Shown piece by piece: positions 27,299 through 36,790 of a stretch of 64,000 nt of DNA. The notes beneath the pieces are model-generated. The model was given only the letters and a program-made list of their open reading frames with translations, made no database searches and was not told the DNA's origin. Made by a program: the position numbers and the translations under genes. The stretch is from sequence record MN047793.1; one strand, written 5' to 3'. Within the stretch, counting starts at the first letter, position 1; every line of letters starts with the position of its first letter.

Positions 27299-27712
27299 AT
27301 GTGCCTTACTATTGACGCTAAATTCCACACTAAACGTGTCCCCCATGTTGCTACTGCACCAATTTTGGTGTGGAAGTGGTTGGAATGTCCCACTTACGCA
27401 GCTGCTAGCTCTCCTTACATGTACACGCTGTGGCACTTCGGTGTAGCGAAGACTGCTAAGTTTTCATATAGGTGTCATAAGAAAGTGGTAGAAGCTGGCC
27501 TTCATGCATTTTTCTCAAAGAACCCTAAACGTATTACTGGACATGGAGTCAGCTTGTATCCCGCAGTAATTCCCGTTGGTGCGCAGTATTGGATTGGCGA
27601 AAATGGTGAAATTGTTAGCAGTAAGTTGACTGTGTATCGAAATGATGAAGAATGCTTAGCCGCATTCAATGCCAAAAAGTACGGCAAACCCATTCGTCGC
27701 CCTAAGAACTAA
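27299..27712 (+). CDS. Hypothetical protein, paralog family B copy 3
   Basis: Same motifs as preceding paralogs. Confidence 0.8.
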   Translation: MCLTIDAKFHTKRVPHVATAPILVWKWLECPTYAAASSPYMYTLWHFGVAKTAKFSYRCHKKVVEAGLHAFFSKNPKRITGHGVSLYPAVIPVGAQYWIGENGEIVSSKLTVYRNDEECLAAFNAKKYGKPIRRPKN

Positions 27713-27713
27713 T

Positions 27714-28286
27714 ATGAATACTCAATACGGCACTGAAGAAGCAATCGCATTCTTGAATGGTACTGGCACTGATGCCAAGGGTCGTACCGTTGCAGAATAT
27801 TTGCAATTTACTCCTGATAAGTGGGAAGAATGCCACGACCATATTCAATGGGCGTTCCCGAGTCATATCCCATCTCAATTTAATCCTAATGCACCAGTGG
27901 TGAATATGGATGAGTTTACTAAGAACCTTCCGGTGAAGGGTCTTGTAAATATGATGAATTTAGTTGTCAAGTATTTGGAGTCTCTTGGATTTACTGAAAC
28001 CATGCAATATGGCGAGGTGCATTGGAGTCCTCCACTTTCTGATGCATATTGGCTGACACCACGGAACCATAACTACCAACGTATTAGTCGCCTACTGAAT
28101 CTATTGGCATGGGTTAATCCTACATTAGGTCGTCATTTGTTAAAGCAGTTTTTGAATCTTGCAGAATTAGTAGCTAACAAGACCCACATCCACTATCGTA
28201 GTGATGCGGTAGGATATGTCACGTCCCCAATTATCACAGTTGACACTGTGGTATACTGGTCTAAAGCAGCCATCGGACATCTTTAA
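27714..28286 (+). CDS. OGFr (opioid growth factor receptor) conserved-domain protein
   Basis: WEECHDHIQWAFP..S.FNPNAP..W..NHNY.RISRLL. Confidence 0.8.
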   Translation: MNTQYGTEEAIAFLNGTGTDAKGRTVAEYLQFTPDKWEECHDHIQWAFPSHIPSQFNPNAPVVNMDEFTKNLPVKGLVNMMNLVVKYLESLGFTETMQYGEVHWSPPLSDAYWLTPRNHNYQRISRLLNLLAWVNPTLGRHLLKQFLNLAELVANKTHIHYRSDAVGYVTSPIITVDTVVYWSKAAIGHL

Positions 28287-28287
28287 T

Positions 28288-28575
28288 ATGTTTCAGGAAC
28301 TTCTACGCAAATTGAATCTGGTCCATGAGCCAGTCTCTTATAAACATGGCGACATTCTGGATGCATGGGAGAAGGTGAATGCAGTTCTGAAAACTGCTAA
28401 TACGGAACAGCATGTGGATGCAGCACAACGTATTTTCAATTCGATGTTGAATTATTTTGGTTTCACTGAAGAGCAATCTCAGGCTCCTATCATTCATGAT
28501 ATGCAGAATCGCATTGTGGCTAAGCGTGCAGAGATTCAGCTTTCACTTCAGGATTACCAAACGGTTGAAGCGTGA
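28288..28575 (+). CDS. Hypothetical protein
   Basis: Start at MFQELL next to the OGFr stop. Confidence 0.6.
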   Translation: MFQELLRKLNLVHEPVSYKHGDILDAWEKVNAVLKTANTEQHVDAAQRIFNSMLNYFGFTEEQSQAPIIHDMQNRIVAKRAEIQLSLQDYQTVEA

Positions 28576-28615
28576 GTATTCTTAATGTATACTCACGTTT
28601 TCAAATAGGAATCTT

Positions 28616-28963
28616 ATGTCAGACAACACACTAGCAGCACGAAAGGAAGGGCTGAACAACACCCTACGCACCCTCAAGAACTACGATATCGATAACGATA
28701 GTAACTATAAGTTCATGAATCTGCTGCGTTCTCGTCTATTGGAAGAACAAATTCCAGTCGCCGTTGCCACTCAAATCATTGCCAATCTTGATTACGATTT
28801 GTCCGCAGTCAATGAAGATGATGATTACATTGGAGATGTTGCACTAGCCTATGCCGAATTCGCGTCTGCTGTGTATGTCAAGCTGGAATCCACTGGCTGG
28901 CATCGCAACCTCACCGATAGCATGATTCGTAAGTATTTTGGGCACTACCGCATTCAGTTGTGA
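28616..28963 (+). CDS. Hypothetical protein
   Basis: 115-aa ORF, AGGA RBS. Confidence 0.7.
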   Translation: MSDNTLAARKEGLNNTLRTLKNYDIDNDSNYKFMNLLRSRLLEEQIPVAVATQIIANLDYDLSAVNEDDDYIGDVALAYAEFASAVYVKLESTGWHRNLTDSMIRKYFGHYRIQL

Positions 28964-29036
28964 CCCATACAGGTACGCGATTGACAGTAGTCTCAATTCG
29001 TACTATAATTTAGGCATACCAAACAGGAATGCCTAA

Positions 29037-30401
29037 ATGTCTTCTAGCATCGCACTTGGAAAAATCATCGATACCAATTATCGCATTGGGATTTTGTCCA
29101 AGCTTGCCAATCGACATGGCCTGATTGCTGGTGCTACGGGTACCGGCAAGAGTGTGACCCTGATGACCTTGGTGGAATCGTTCGCTAAGGCAGGAGTCCC
29201 GGTGTTCATCTCTGATGTTAAGGGTGACATTTCTGGTCTGGCTAGCAATCAGTCGCTCTCTACTGTCTTCTGGGACATCTATGGCAAGAAGGGTTTGCCC
29301 ATCAATGTCTCGTTGGAGAATGTGGGTAGCCTGATGCTGTCCAAGATTCTCAACCTCAACGAAACGCAGTCGGGTGTCATCACCATTGCATTCAAGTATG
29401 CAAAGGACCTCGGCACTAACATCGTTTCGTTTGAAGATTTGCGCAGCATCTTGAACCAGATGAATACCAATCGTGCAGACCTGTCGGTCAAGTATGGACT
29501 GATTAGTTCCATGACTGTGGCCGGCATCATGCGTGCAATTCTGGTCTTCACTGAAGAGAGTGGAGAAGACTTCTTTGGTCATCCGTCTTTCGACCTGATG
29601 AAGATGATTCGGCATGATGACAACGGTAATGGTGTCATCAACATCATGGATAGCACTCAGCTGGTGTTGAATCCTTCGTTGTACTCGACGTTTCTTCTGT
29701 GGATGCTGACCGAGTTGTTCCGCAAGTTGCCCGAACTGGGTGATGTGGCAAAGCCTAAGTTCGTGTTCGTGTTCGATGAAAGCCATTTGCTGTTCCGTGA
29801 TGCCACTCCGATGCTGTTGCAGAAAATTGAGCAAGTCGTTCGTTTGATTCGTTCGAAGGGTGTAGGTATCTATTTCTGTTCTCAGGTCCCGGACGATATT
29901 CCGAATGAGATTCTGGGTCAGTTGGGCAACAAGATTCAGCATGCTTTGCGTGCATTCACTCCTCGCGACCAGAAGATGATTAAGAGTTGTGCCGAGTCAT
30001 TTGCTCCCAATCCGAACATCGATACGTTGGCAATGATTCAAAGTCTGGGCACGGGTGAAGCATTGGTGTCGTTCCTGTCTGCCAAAGGTGTTCCGCAGCC
30101 AGTCCAGCACGTTAAGGTGCAGATGCCAGAGTGCAAGCTTGGGGAATTGAGTGAGGAAGCACGTCAGGCCATTATCAAGGCTACCGATTTCTTGGTGACG
30201 CGTAAGACTGAGACTCCGGCACCGACTATGGTTGCTCCAGCGCGCGTGTCTCCTGCCACTCCTTCGTTTCCTTCTGGTAGCTTTCAGACCAGTGTGATGC
30301 GTGGAATGCTTGGTGTGGTCTCGCCCAAGGAGCCGACTCAGTTGACGGAAGTCCGGTTGTCCTTTGTGCAGCGGATGCGTCGGATGTTCAAAACCGCTTG
30401 A
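29037..30401 (+). CDS. yjgR: HerA-like P-loop ATPase, YjgR/DUF853 family
   Basis: LANRHGLIAGATGTGKSVTL, DVKGDISGL, FVFDESHLLF, RLIRSKGVG, LGNKIQHALRAFTP. Confidence 0.9.
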   Translation: MSSSIALGKIIDTNYRIGILSKLANRHGLIAGATGTGKSVTLMTLVESFAKAGVPVFISDVKGDISGLASNQSLSTVFWDIYGKKGLPINVSLENVGSLMLSKILNLNETQSGVITIAFKYAKDLGTNIVSFEDLRSILNQMNTNRADLSVKYGLISSMTVAGIMRAILVFTEESGEDFFGHPSFDLMKMIRHDDNGNGVINIMDSTQLVLNPSLYSTFLLWMLTELFRKLPELGDVAKPKFVFVFDESHLLFRDATPMLLQKIEQVVRLIRSKGVGIYFCSQVPDDIPNEILGQLGNKIQHALRAFTPRDQKMIKSCAESFAPNPNIDTLAMIQSLGTGEALVSFLSAKGVPQPVQHVKVQMPECKLGELSEEARQAIIKATDFLVTRKTETPAPTMVAPARVSPATPSFPSGSFQTSVMRGMLGVVSPKEPTQLTEVRLSFVQRMRRMFKTA

Positions 30402-30431
30402 CTTTAAGAAAATAGGATGTAAACTATAATT

Positions 30432-31073
30432 ATGAAAACTACTCTTCCTACCAGCGTTGTCATCCCCGAGTTCATTCAGAACAATGATGTCTTTCTGCAT
30501 GCCGCAGAATTTGCCCATATCCATCATCATGGTGTTGGTCAGACGCGCGAAGCATCGGGTCAGCCGTACATTGTCCATCCTCTTGAGGTGGCGAGTCTGG
30601 TGTATGCCCTTGGTGTGGAGTTCCAGTATCCGCCTGAATGGCTCTCTGTGGCCGTCGTAGCTGCACTGCTACACGACACCATCGAAGACACGAAATGCAC
30701 GTACAACTTGATTGAGACCGATTTTGGGGTGGTTGTACGTGATACTGTCTTCTGGTTGACGGATGTGGTGGATAAGAAGCATGGTAATCGCCGAGTTCGT
30801 AAGGAACTTGAGCGTGTCCGTCTCACTGCTGCACCGGGTCGGGTGAAGTTTGTCAAGTGTTGCGACATCATCGCCAATGCCCGTACGGTACTGGCAGACA
30901 AGCCGGAATCGGCTCAGATGTTCCTCACGGAGAAGATGGCATTGATTGATGCATTCGTGAGTCACAACCGTCTGTATAAGGGTGTAGATGAGCCGAGCAA
31001 GCTGGATAAGCAGATGCTGGCTAAGTGCCGTAATGTACTAGTCGAAATGATGGATAGTGTTTCTAAACCTTAA
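30432..31073 (+). CDS. HD-domain phosphohydrolase, Mesh1/SpoT-hydrolase-like
   Basis: H..QTR..SG.PYIVHP.EVA, AALLHDTIEDT, VKCCD..AN. Confidence 0.85.
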   Translation: MKTTLPTSVVIPEFIQNNDVFLHAAEFAHIHHHGVGQTREASGQPYIVHPLEVASLVYALGVEFQYPPEWLSVAVVAALLHDTIEDTKCTYNLIETDFGVVVRDTVFWLTDVVDKKHGNRRVRKELERVRLTAAPGRVKFVKCCDIIANARTVLADKPESAQMFLTEKMALIDAFVSHNRLYKGVDEPSKLDKQMLAKCRNVLVEMMDSVSKP

Positions 31074-31081
31074 GGATTGTT

Positions 31082-31324
31082 ATGATAGTAGTAGCCCAAA
31101 AACAGGTTTACCCTATTATCCTAAGTAAGTGTATGTCTGATAGTACTTGGCGACATGAGGTCGTGGGGGTTGCATATTCACGTGATGTAGCGGACAACGA
31201 AGTTACTCGCCTGAATTCAGCTATTCCTAAGAACTATCCAGAATCGATTACGTATTCCGTTGGTGTAACTATTCCACTGTATACCAAATTGTTGCGTCGT
31301 AAGGTAGATTTAAATAATGAATAA
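31082..31324 (+). CDS. Hypothetical protein
   Basis: 80-aa ORF in an operon. Confidence 0.55.
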   Translation: MIVVAQKQVYPIILSKCMSDSTWRHEVVGVAYSRDVADNEVTRLNSAIPKNYPESITYSVGVTIPLYTKLLRRKVDLNNE

Positions 31325-31676
31325 ATTTGACCAAAAAATTCAACGGTTGACGCGAATGGAAGAACTGACGGGACATGTCAGGAGTGAACTTCAAGACCTG
31401 TTGGAACCATTATTGAGCAAATTTAGTAGTAGAGTTGGCTTTATTGAAAAGGTGTCCCGTGGGAATGGATGTGTTACCATTCATACGGTAGAATATTTCC
31501 GTGGCGAGAGCTATTGGGAAGACATTAATATTCCATATAATGTCTGGAACGCTGAAGACCCTGTGGCCGAAGCTACTAAGTACCTTGCCGATAAGAAAGC
31601 TACTGAAGAAGCTGCCAAACAGTTATCCATTCAAAAAGAAATTGACCGTTTACAAAAACAGTTAACTTCAAAATGA
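31317..31676 (+). CDS. Hypothetical protein
   Basis: 119-aa ORF overlapping its neighbour. Confidence 0.65.
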   Translation: MNKFDQKIQRLTRMEELTGHVRSELQDLLEPLLSKFSSRVGFIEKVSRGNGCVTIHTVEYFRGESYWEDINIPYNVWNAEDPVAEATKYLADKKATEEAAKQLSIQKEIDRLQKQLTSK

Positions 31677-31686
31677 AAAATGAAAA

Positions 31687-32022
31687 ATGAAACGTAACGA
31701 CATTGTTTTCTCAAAAGAAGAGCAACAGAATGGATGGATTCTGTATGGTCGCGTCTGGAAAGTTCTTAAGGATGGCCGTCTAGTTGTAGTATGTGGTGGG
31801 TCGCATGTATCCATCTATAATCCTGATGAATTAGTGCTGTCGGATTACAAAGGATACTTCCGACGTGGCCGATGGGTTCCTATGGATTCCCTGAAACGTC
31901 TTAAATTATATGCATCTATGTTTAATCCCTATTTTGCAAAAGGTAAGAGATGGTCTAAAGACAAGCGAAAGAAAGCGCTTGCTGCTTTGGAAGATGGAAT
32001 CCACTGGATTGATATGAAATGA
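31687..32022 (+). CDS. Hypothetical protein
   Basis: 111-aa ORF. Confidence 0.65.
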   Translation: MKRNDIVFSKEEQQNGWILYGRVWKVLKDGRLVVVCGGSHVSIYNPDELVLSDYKGYFRRGRWVPMDSLKRLKLYASMFNPYFAKGKRWSKDKRKKALAALEDGIHWIDMK

Positions 32023-32222
32023 GCGCGATTGTACAGCCACCAATGGTAACTCTTAAATTTGGGTATCACTCTCAGTATTTGGGAAGAATGAGTACACTTC
32101 CACGTATTGGTGAAAGTTTCTGTTGTGATGCACAGAATTATAAAGTAATTGATGTGGAATGGTCCTACAATGACGGAGCACGTGAGTGGGAAGTGACAGT
32201 TTCTCTTGACAGTTTCTATTGA
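32019..32222 (+). CDS. Hypothetical protein
   Basis: ATGA overlap. Confidence 0.6.
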   Translation: MSAIVQPPMVTLKFGYHSQYLGRMSTLPRIGESFCCDAQNYKVIDVEWSYNDGAREWEVTVSLDSFY

Positions 32223-32229
32223 GTAATAC

Positions 32230-32634
32230 ATGACCACTAAAGCAAAATTCTATGTTTACCGCAACCTTAATGCTGGCGGCTTTTCTATCAAACATCGTGG
32301 TAAAGTAATATACCGGTTTGGTAGTGATGGATTGGGATGGGTGTGCAAACCCCAGTTTCAAGTGTCAGAAGTAGTTAGTGCCAAGGTTAAGGCTACTAAG
32401 ACACGCTCAGTTCATGCATATGTGGTGTCAAATAATTATGGCTATATGAGTTTTGAAGGCAGTGAACCTCTTGACAAATTCCCAACACTTCGCTATAATC
32501 CTCACCATGATACAGAGTTTAGTGCAAGTGATGGTAGTGATTTGTCACTAGTCGAATATGCTGCATTCTTTAATGATAAAGTATATTTGATGTCATCTAA
32601 AGATTTTAGCGACTTGCCAAAATGGTGGTCATAA
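32230..32634 (+). CDS. Conserved phage hypothetical protein
   Basis: YVYRNL..GFSI..FQVSE..VHAYV. Confidence 0.7.
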   Translation: MTTKAKFYVYRNLNAGGFSIKHRGKVIYRFGSDGLGWVCKPQFQVSEVVSAKVKATKTRSVHAYVVSNNYGYMSFEGSEPLDKFPTLRYNPHHDTEFSASDGSDLSLVEYAAFFNDKVYLMSSKDFSDLPKWWS

Positions 32635-32647
32635 ATAAGTTCATATT

Positions 32648-32737
32648 GGAAGTGTGGCCGAGTGGTTTAAGGCACCGGTCTTGAAAACCGACGACCCCGG
32701 AAGGGGTCCGTGAGTTCGAATCTCACCGCTTCCGCCA
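32648..32737 (+). tRNA. tRNA-Ser(TGA)
   Basis: Type II cloverleaf, loop CTTGAAA, CCA. Confidence 0.95.
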
Positions 32738-32759
32738 AATTCAACATACCGTGAGCATC

Positions 32760-33056
32760 ATGGAAATCAACTTCCCCGAAGCGTTTAATGAACTGATAAC
32801 TTCTGAACGCATTAAAATGCAGAAGTTGTTTTTAAAGCAAGTTGCTCAGAACGTTATAGCACATGACCGCGCTGTCATTGCTCGCGAAAATCCTACCAAT
32901 AGAAATCTGGACCGTGCATTCACTGCAATCTCTCGTGCGTCTATGGGGATTGGCTTCATGAATCGGCATGCCAAAAATCTATGGGGTCTCAGCCGGCCAA
33001 AATACTGGAGTGAATTTATCATTCAAGAAACCAATCGAATCCGAGAAGTATCATGA
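32760..33056 (+). CDS. Hypothetical protein
   Basis: ORF after the tRNA. Confidence 0.55.
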   Translation: MEINFPEAFNELITSERIKMQKLFLKQVAQNVIAHDRAVIARENPTNRNLDRAFTAISRASMGIGFMNRHAKNLWGLSRPKYWSEFIIQETNRIREVS

Positions 33057-33262
33057 ATCGTAATGTAGATGGTATTCTACCATGCCCATTCTGTGGGTTT
33101 GATGTTGGTAAAGCCTTTAATTTCGAATCACAAGATATTTCTTATCCAGTCAGTGGTAACGTGTGGCAGTTTGGTTGCAATGCTACCATTGGTGGATGTG
33201 ATGCAACCATGCTTGGTGTCAGTGAAAAAGATGCCATTAAAAATTGGAATAAACGTGCCTAA
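33053..33262 (+). CDS. Lar-like restriction-alleviation zinc-ribbon protein
   Basis: LPCPFCG...C..GGC.A...EKDAIKNWNKR. Confidence 0.65.
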   Translation: MNRNVDGILPCPFCGFDVGKAFNFESQDISYPVSGNVWQFGCNATIGGCDATMLGVSEKDAIKNWNKRA

Positions 33263-33373
33263 ACTTACTAAAAATGTGTGGGATTCATTTCTTGATACCA
33301 CCTACAAATTGCGTTGGGTGTACATTATTGGTGTTCCTGTGGCATTTGTAGTGGGTCTATACCTGCGATAATT

Positions 33374-33562
33374 ATGGTCACTGACTACTATGAGATGTGG
33401 AAATGGGCGGATGCTGATCGGCATCGGCTCATTGGTGCTGAATGGGTTGCCACAAAGCGTGCAATCCGTGCTGAAGCTGAAGTCAAAGAATTGAAGAAGA
33501 AAATCCTTGACATGCAGCGGCAACCTGAATTATTATTCCCATCTATTAAACATAAAGGTTAA
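33374..33562 (+). CDS. Hypothetical protein
   Basis: Coiled-coil ORF. Confidence 0.5.
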   Translation: MVTDYYEMWKWADADRHRLIGAEWVATKRAIRAEAEVKELKKKILDMQRQPELLFPSIKHKG

Positions 33563-33567
33563 TTCAC

Positions 33568-33777
33568 ATGTCTGATGATGCTATAAAGCGCCAACGAAAT
33601 GAATTTGATGCGGTACTTGATCTAGTCAATGCCTATAATAGTCTGGCACCTATTGTAGATGATGATTATCCGGAAACCCGCTATCGTTATGAAATGGCTC
33701 TCGGTGGACTAGTAGAGGCAATGAAGGCCAATGAACGATTCGTAGCAGGTAATCGTTTTCACCTAGCAGTTAAATAA
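33568..33777 (+). CDS. Hypothetical protein
   Basis: 69-aa ORF. Confidence 0.6.
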   Translation: MSDDAIKRQRNEFDAVLDLVNAYNSLAPIVDDDYPETRYRYEMALGGLVEAMKANERFVAGNRFHLAVK

Positions 33778-33819
33778 AAGTTGACACCGGCAACTGATTC
33801 AAGTAGTATAGCAGTCATT

Positions 33820-33915
33820 GGGGAGTTAGCTCAGTTGGTAGAGCATCGGGCAATAAACCGGCCGGTTTGCTAGAAGTCCCGAGGGTCGATGGTTCGAGAC
33901 CATCACTCCCCACCA
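33820..33915 (+). ncRNA. tRNA-like RNA with a 27-nt anticodon loop
   Basis: GGGGAGT/ACTCCCC-A-CCA, canonical D and T arms, TCGGG/CCCGA stem enclosing 27 nt. Confidence 0.8.
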
Positions 33916-33933
33916 ATATTATCGAGATTAATA

Positions 33934-34146
33934 ATGACTTACCTTGTAAATCAACCCCTTCGCAAAGGTGATATTGTCAAGGTTGTAGGTAATAAAACTG
34001 GGGTAGACAATGCAATTGGAGTAGTTCATTATATGAACAACCTTACTGCTATTGCAACTATTGACTTTAGACGTACTCGTAAAGAATTACACATTAGTAA
34101 ATTGGAATTAATTGATAGGAAAAATAATCAATTAAATTTATTTTGA
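33934..34146 (+). CDS. Small SH3/KOW-like hypothetical protein
   Basis: LRKGDIVKV..G.V. Confidence 0.55.
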   Translation: MTYLVNQPLRKGDIVKVVGNKTGVDNAIGVVHYMNNLTAIATIDFRRTRKELHISKLELIDRKNNQLNLF

Positions 34147-34254
34147 CAATTTAATACAGAAACACTAAATAAGAATTATGAACAAACTTTATTACAAACG
34201 ATATTATAAAAAGCTTCCGTAAGGATTGCGTACGTTTGTATGCGGTCCTGCAAC

Positions 34255-34330
34255 GGGACCGTAGCTCAATGGTTAGAGCATTCGCCTCTTAAGCGACAGG
34301 TTGTGAGTTCGAGTCTCACCGGTCCCACCA
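34255..34330 (+). tRNA. tRNA-Lys(CTT)
   Basis: Loop CTCTTAA, CCA. Confidence 0.9.
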
Positions 34331-34352
34331 AATTCCACCCAAAGATACCACC

Positions 34353-34592
34353 ATGTATACACTAGAACAGTTAGCGCTTTTTGATAGATGCTTGTTCCCT
34401 GGAGATTTTCAGACTCAGTTGATGAATGTTGGTATGTCTGGGTTCCAAGCAGCTGTGATTAGTGGATTCATAGAATCGAATCGACGTAAGGGTAACATGG
34501 TAGGAATTATTCAAGTGTATCAAGAATTTATCGATAGTGAAGAAATAACCAAGGCAATCGATGCCGTTGTAAGTGAGTTCGTAAACAAGTAA
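34353..34592 (+). CDS. Hypothetical protein
   Basis: 79-aa ORF between tRNAs. Confidence 0.55.
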   Translation: MYTLEQLALFDRCLFPGDFQTQLMNVGMSGFQAAVISGFIESNRRKGNMVGIIQVYQEFIDSEEITKAIDAVVSEFVNK

Positions 34593-34599
34593 AGAATAA

Positions 34600-34675
<76 letters not shown>

Positions 34676-34764
34676 GTTTCTTGCAAGAAGAAAGCTCGTG
34701 ACCCTGCGTAAGACTGGGGCACCGTATCAAGAGGGGTACAAGTCCTCAAGTCTTACTCAAATTC

Positions 34765-34851
34765 GGATGAGTATGCAAGCGGTCAAAGCTCGGGGACTGT
34801 AAATCCTCTCCCTTAACGGGTTCGTAGGTTCAAATCCTACTTCATCCACCA
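34765..34851 (+). tRNA. tRNA-Tyr(GTA)
   Basis: Type II, loop CTGTAAA, CCA. Confidence 0.92.
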
Positions 34852-34936
34852 AATCAGAAGTCAAGTATCGAAAGGTGCTTGACTTTTTTATTTTCTATCG
34901 TTATAATTTAAATATCACTCAACTAGGAAATTTTAC

Positions 34937-35332
34937 ATGGGCACTCGGTCTACCACTCTCATCACTCTTGATGGCGAACCTCTGGTCAAGTTGTACCGTC
35001 AATACGATGGGTACCCCTCCAGACATGGTTCGGAACTCGCTGAATTCATGGATGGTTTCACCTATGTAAATGGTATTAGCCGTGATATTACCGGTAAGAT
35101 TGCCAATGGCGTTGGCTGCTTTGCGGCTCAGTTGATTAAGCACTTCAAGAAGGATGCTGGTGGGGTGTATATCATCCCGATGACATCAGGCGGTCAAGAT
35201 TTCGACTATGTGATCAAATTTGTCACTGTCGATGAAGGGTTTGAATATCTGGAAGCACTGGATACGATTGAAATTGTGGACCACTTCTCCGGTAATCTCG
35301 TTGAATTCACGGAGTTTTGTAGCAAAGATTGA
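34937..35332 (+). CDS. Conserved phage hypothetical protein
   Basis: MGTRS..LYRQYDGYP..G. Confidence 0.75.
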   Translation: MGTRSTTLITLDGEPLVKLYRQYDGYPSRHGSELAEFMDGFTYVNGISRDITGKIANGVGCFAAQLIKHFKKDAGGVYIIPMTSGGQDFDYVIKFVTVDEGFEYLEALDTIEIVDHFSGNLVEFTEFCSKD

Positions 35333-35580
35333 CTTGACTTCTTTCGTTTTCGTGTTATAATTTACTAATAGTTAATAAGGGAGTAGTCATGAGCAATGAA
35401 TTTATTCTTTCCCAGATGGAATACTACAAGAACAACTTGAACTGTGGTCCGTCACGTGACTGGAACCTGATTTCTGGCCTGTATCAGCATTATCGTAGCG
35501 TAGCAGTGGCCCGTGGTTTGATTGCTTGACTTCTTTCGTTTTAGTGTTATAATTTATGCATACCAACCGGAGATACTGAC

Positions 35581-35829
35581 ATGGGTTACTACAAAGATAA
35601 TCAAGGCATTGACTGTTTCAGCCCGGATAACACCGAAAATACATTGTATATCGAGATAGGCAACGGTGAAAAAAGTGCAGATGCACTTACGGAAAGTATT
35701 CACGAACATTTCGGCGATATCGGTAATGCGTACAGCATTTCTGCCGAAAAGATTCATACCCGTTGCCTTGGGTATGACCTGTATGATTCCAGTGATTACG
35801 ATATGTTCCTTATTATTACGAAGGATTGA
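35581..35829 (+). CDS. Hypothetical protein
   Basis: GGAG RBS, own promoter. Confidence 0.65.
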   Translation: MGYYKDNQGIDCFSPDNTENTLYIEIGNGEKSADALTESIHEHFGDIGNAYSISAEKIHTRCLGYDLYDSSDYDMFLIITKD

Positions 35830-35864
35830 GTTGACACTACAACTTAATATGATAAGATGAGGGT

Positions 35865-36227
35865 ATGAAATATATCCTCATTCTATTACTATTAATGTTG
35901 ACCGGCTGCAACAGACCACATTGGAGCCGTCAGATGTCTGATCTTGAAGTGAAAATTGCGACTGACAAATGCACTAAAAATCATCATGGAACAACTGAAT
36001 TAGCTGTTCGACAGATACGCCGTGGTTCTGATGAAACGTATGCCGTCAGATGCTATACTGAAGATGGATTAGTCAGTGTGACGTATTCTTATGTAGTTGA
36101 ATATGATCGGTGGGAACTTATATGCAAAGAACAACATTCAACGGTCGAAATGACCCCTAATGGATTGGCATGTAAGAATGATATTAGTAAGACTTCACTA
36201 GAAACTATCGCAGAAGATCATCTATAA
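35865..36227 (+). CDS. Putative lipoprotein
   Basis: MKYILILLLLMLTG|C lipobox. Confidence 0.65.
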   Translation: MKYILILLLLMLTGCNRPHWSRQMSDLEVKIATDKCTKNHHGTTELAVRQIRRGSDETYAVRCYTEDGLVSVTYSYVVEYDRWELICKEQHSTVEMTPNGLACKNDISKTSLETIAEDHL

Positions 36228-36264
36228 TTGTTGACATCTCAATTCGTTGTGTTATAATTTATCC

Positions 36265-36555
36265 ATGCCTACGATAACATACGACCAAACGTACATTAAT
36301 CTTCAGCGCGCATATGAAGTGTTGAAGTTACTGGCTGATCATAGTGATGAACCAGTAGTAGTGAATCGGTCATACATTCGTGACGATACGATTGGTTTGA
36401 ATTTCAAGTTCAAACGGTTGAATTATCTATTGGTCATGTCTAATGATAAAGAACGTAACTTTGCAGTGTGGTATACTTCCCGTCAAGGGCATGTAATTAA
36501 GAAGCCATATACAACAATTGAAATCTACACTCAAAAATTTATTGACAAGTCATAA
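36265..36555 (+). CDS. Hypothetical protein
   Basis: Start at MPTITY after the promoter. Confidence 0.55.
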   Translation: MPTITYDQTYINLQRAYEVLKLLADHSDEPVVVNRSYIRDDTIGLNFKFKRLNYLLVMSNDKERNFAVWYTSRQGHVIKKPYTTIEIYTQKFIDKS

Positions 36556-36593
36556 TTTGTGTAGTTAAATACTATCGTATCGGCATTATAACC

Positions 36594-36779
36594 ATGAAAA
36601 ATATTAAATTTCGCGAAAATTGGTCTAATGGTAAGGTTGATGTTTATCTTGATGACAGAGTAGTATATTCTTCGCGGGAATATAAATTTGCCGCAGAATA
36701 TGTAATGAGAAATCATGGTGTAACCGAGTCACAAATGCACGAGATTTACACCGATTATAAAGAAGATTACGACTCGTAA
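36594..36779 (+). CDS. Hypothetical protein
   Basis: 61-aa ORF. Confidence 0.5.
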   Translation: MKNIKFRENWSNGKVDVYLDDRVVYSSREYKFAAEYVMRNHGVTESQMHEIYTDYKEDYDS

Positions 36780-36790
36780 ATACAATATTT

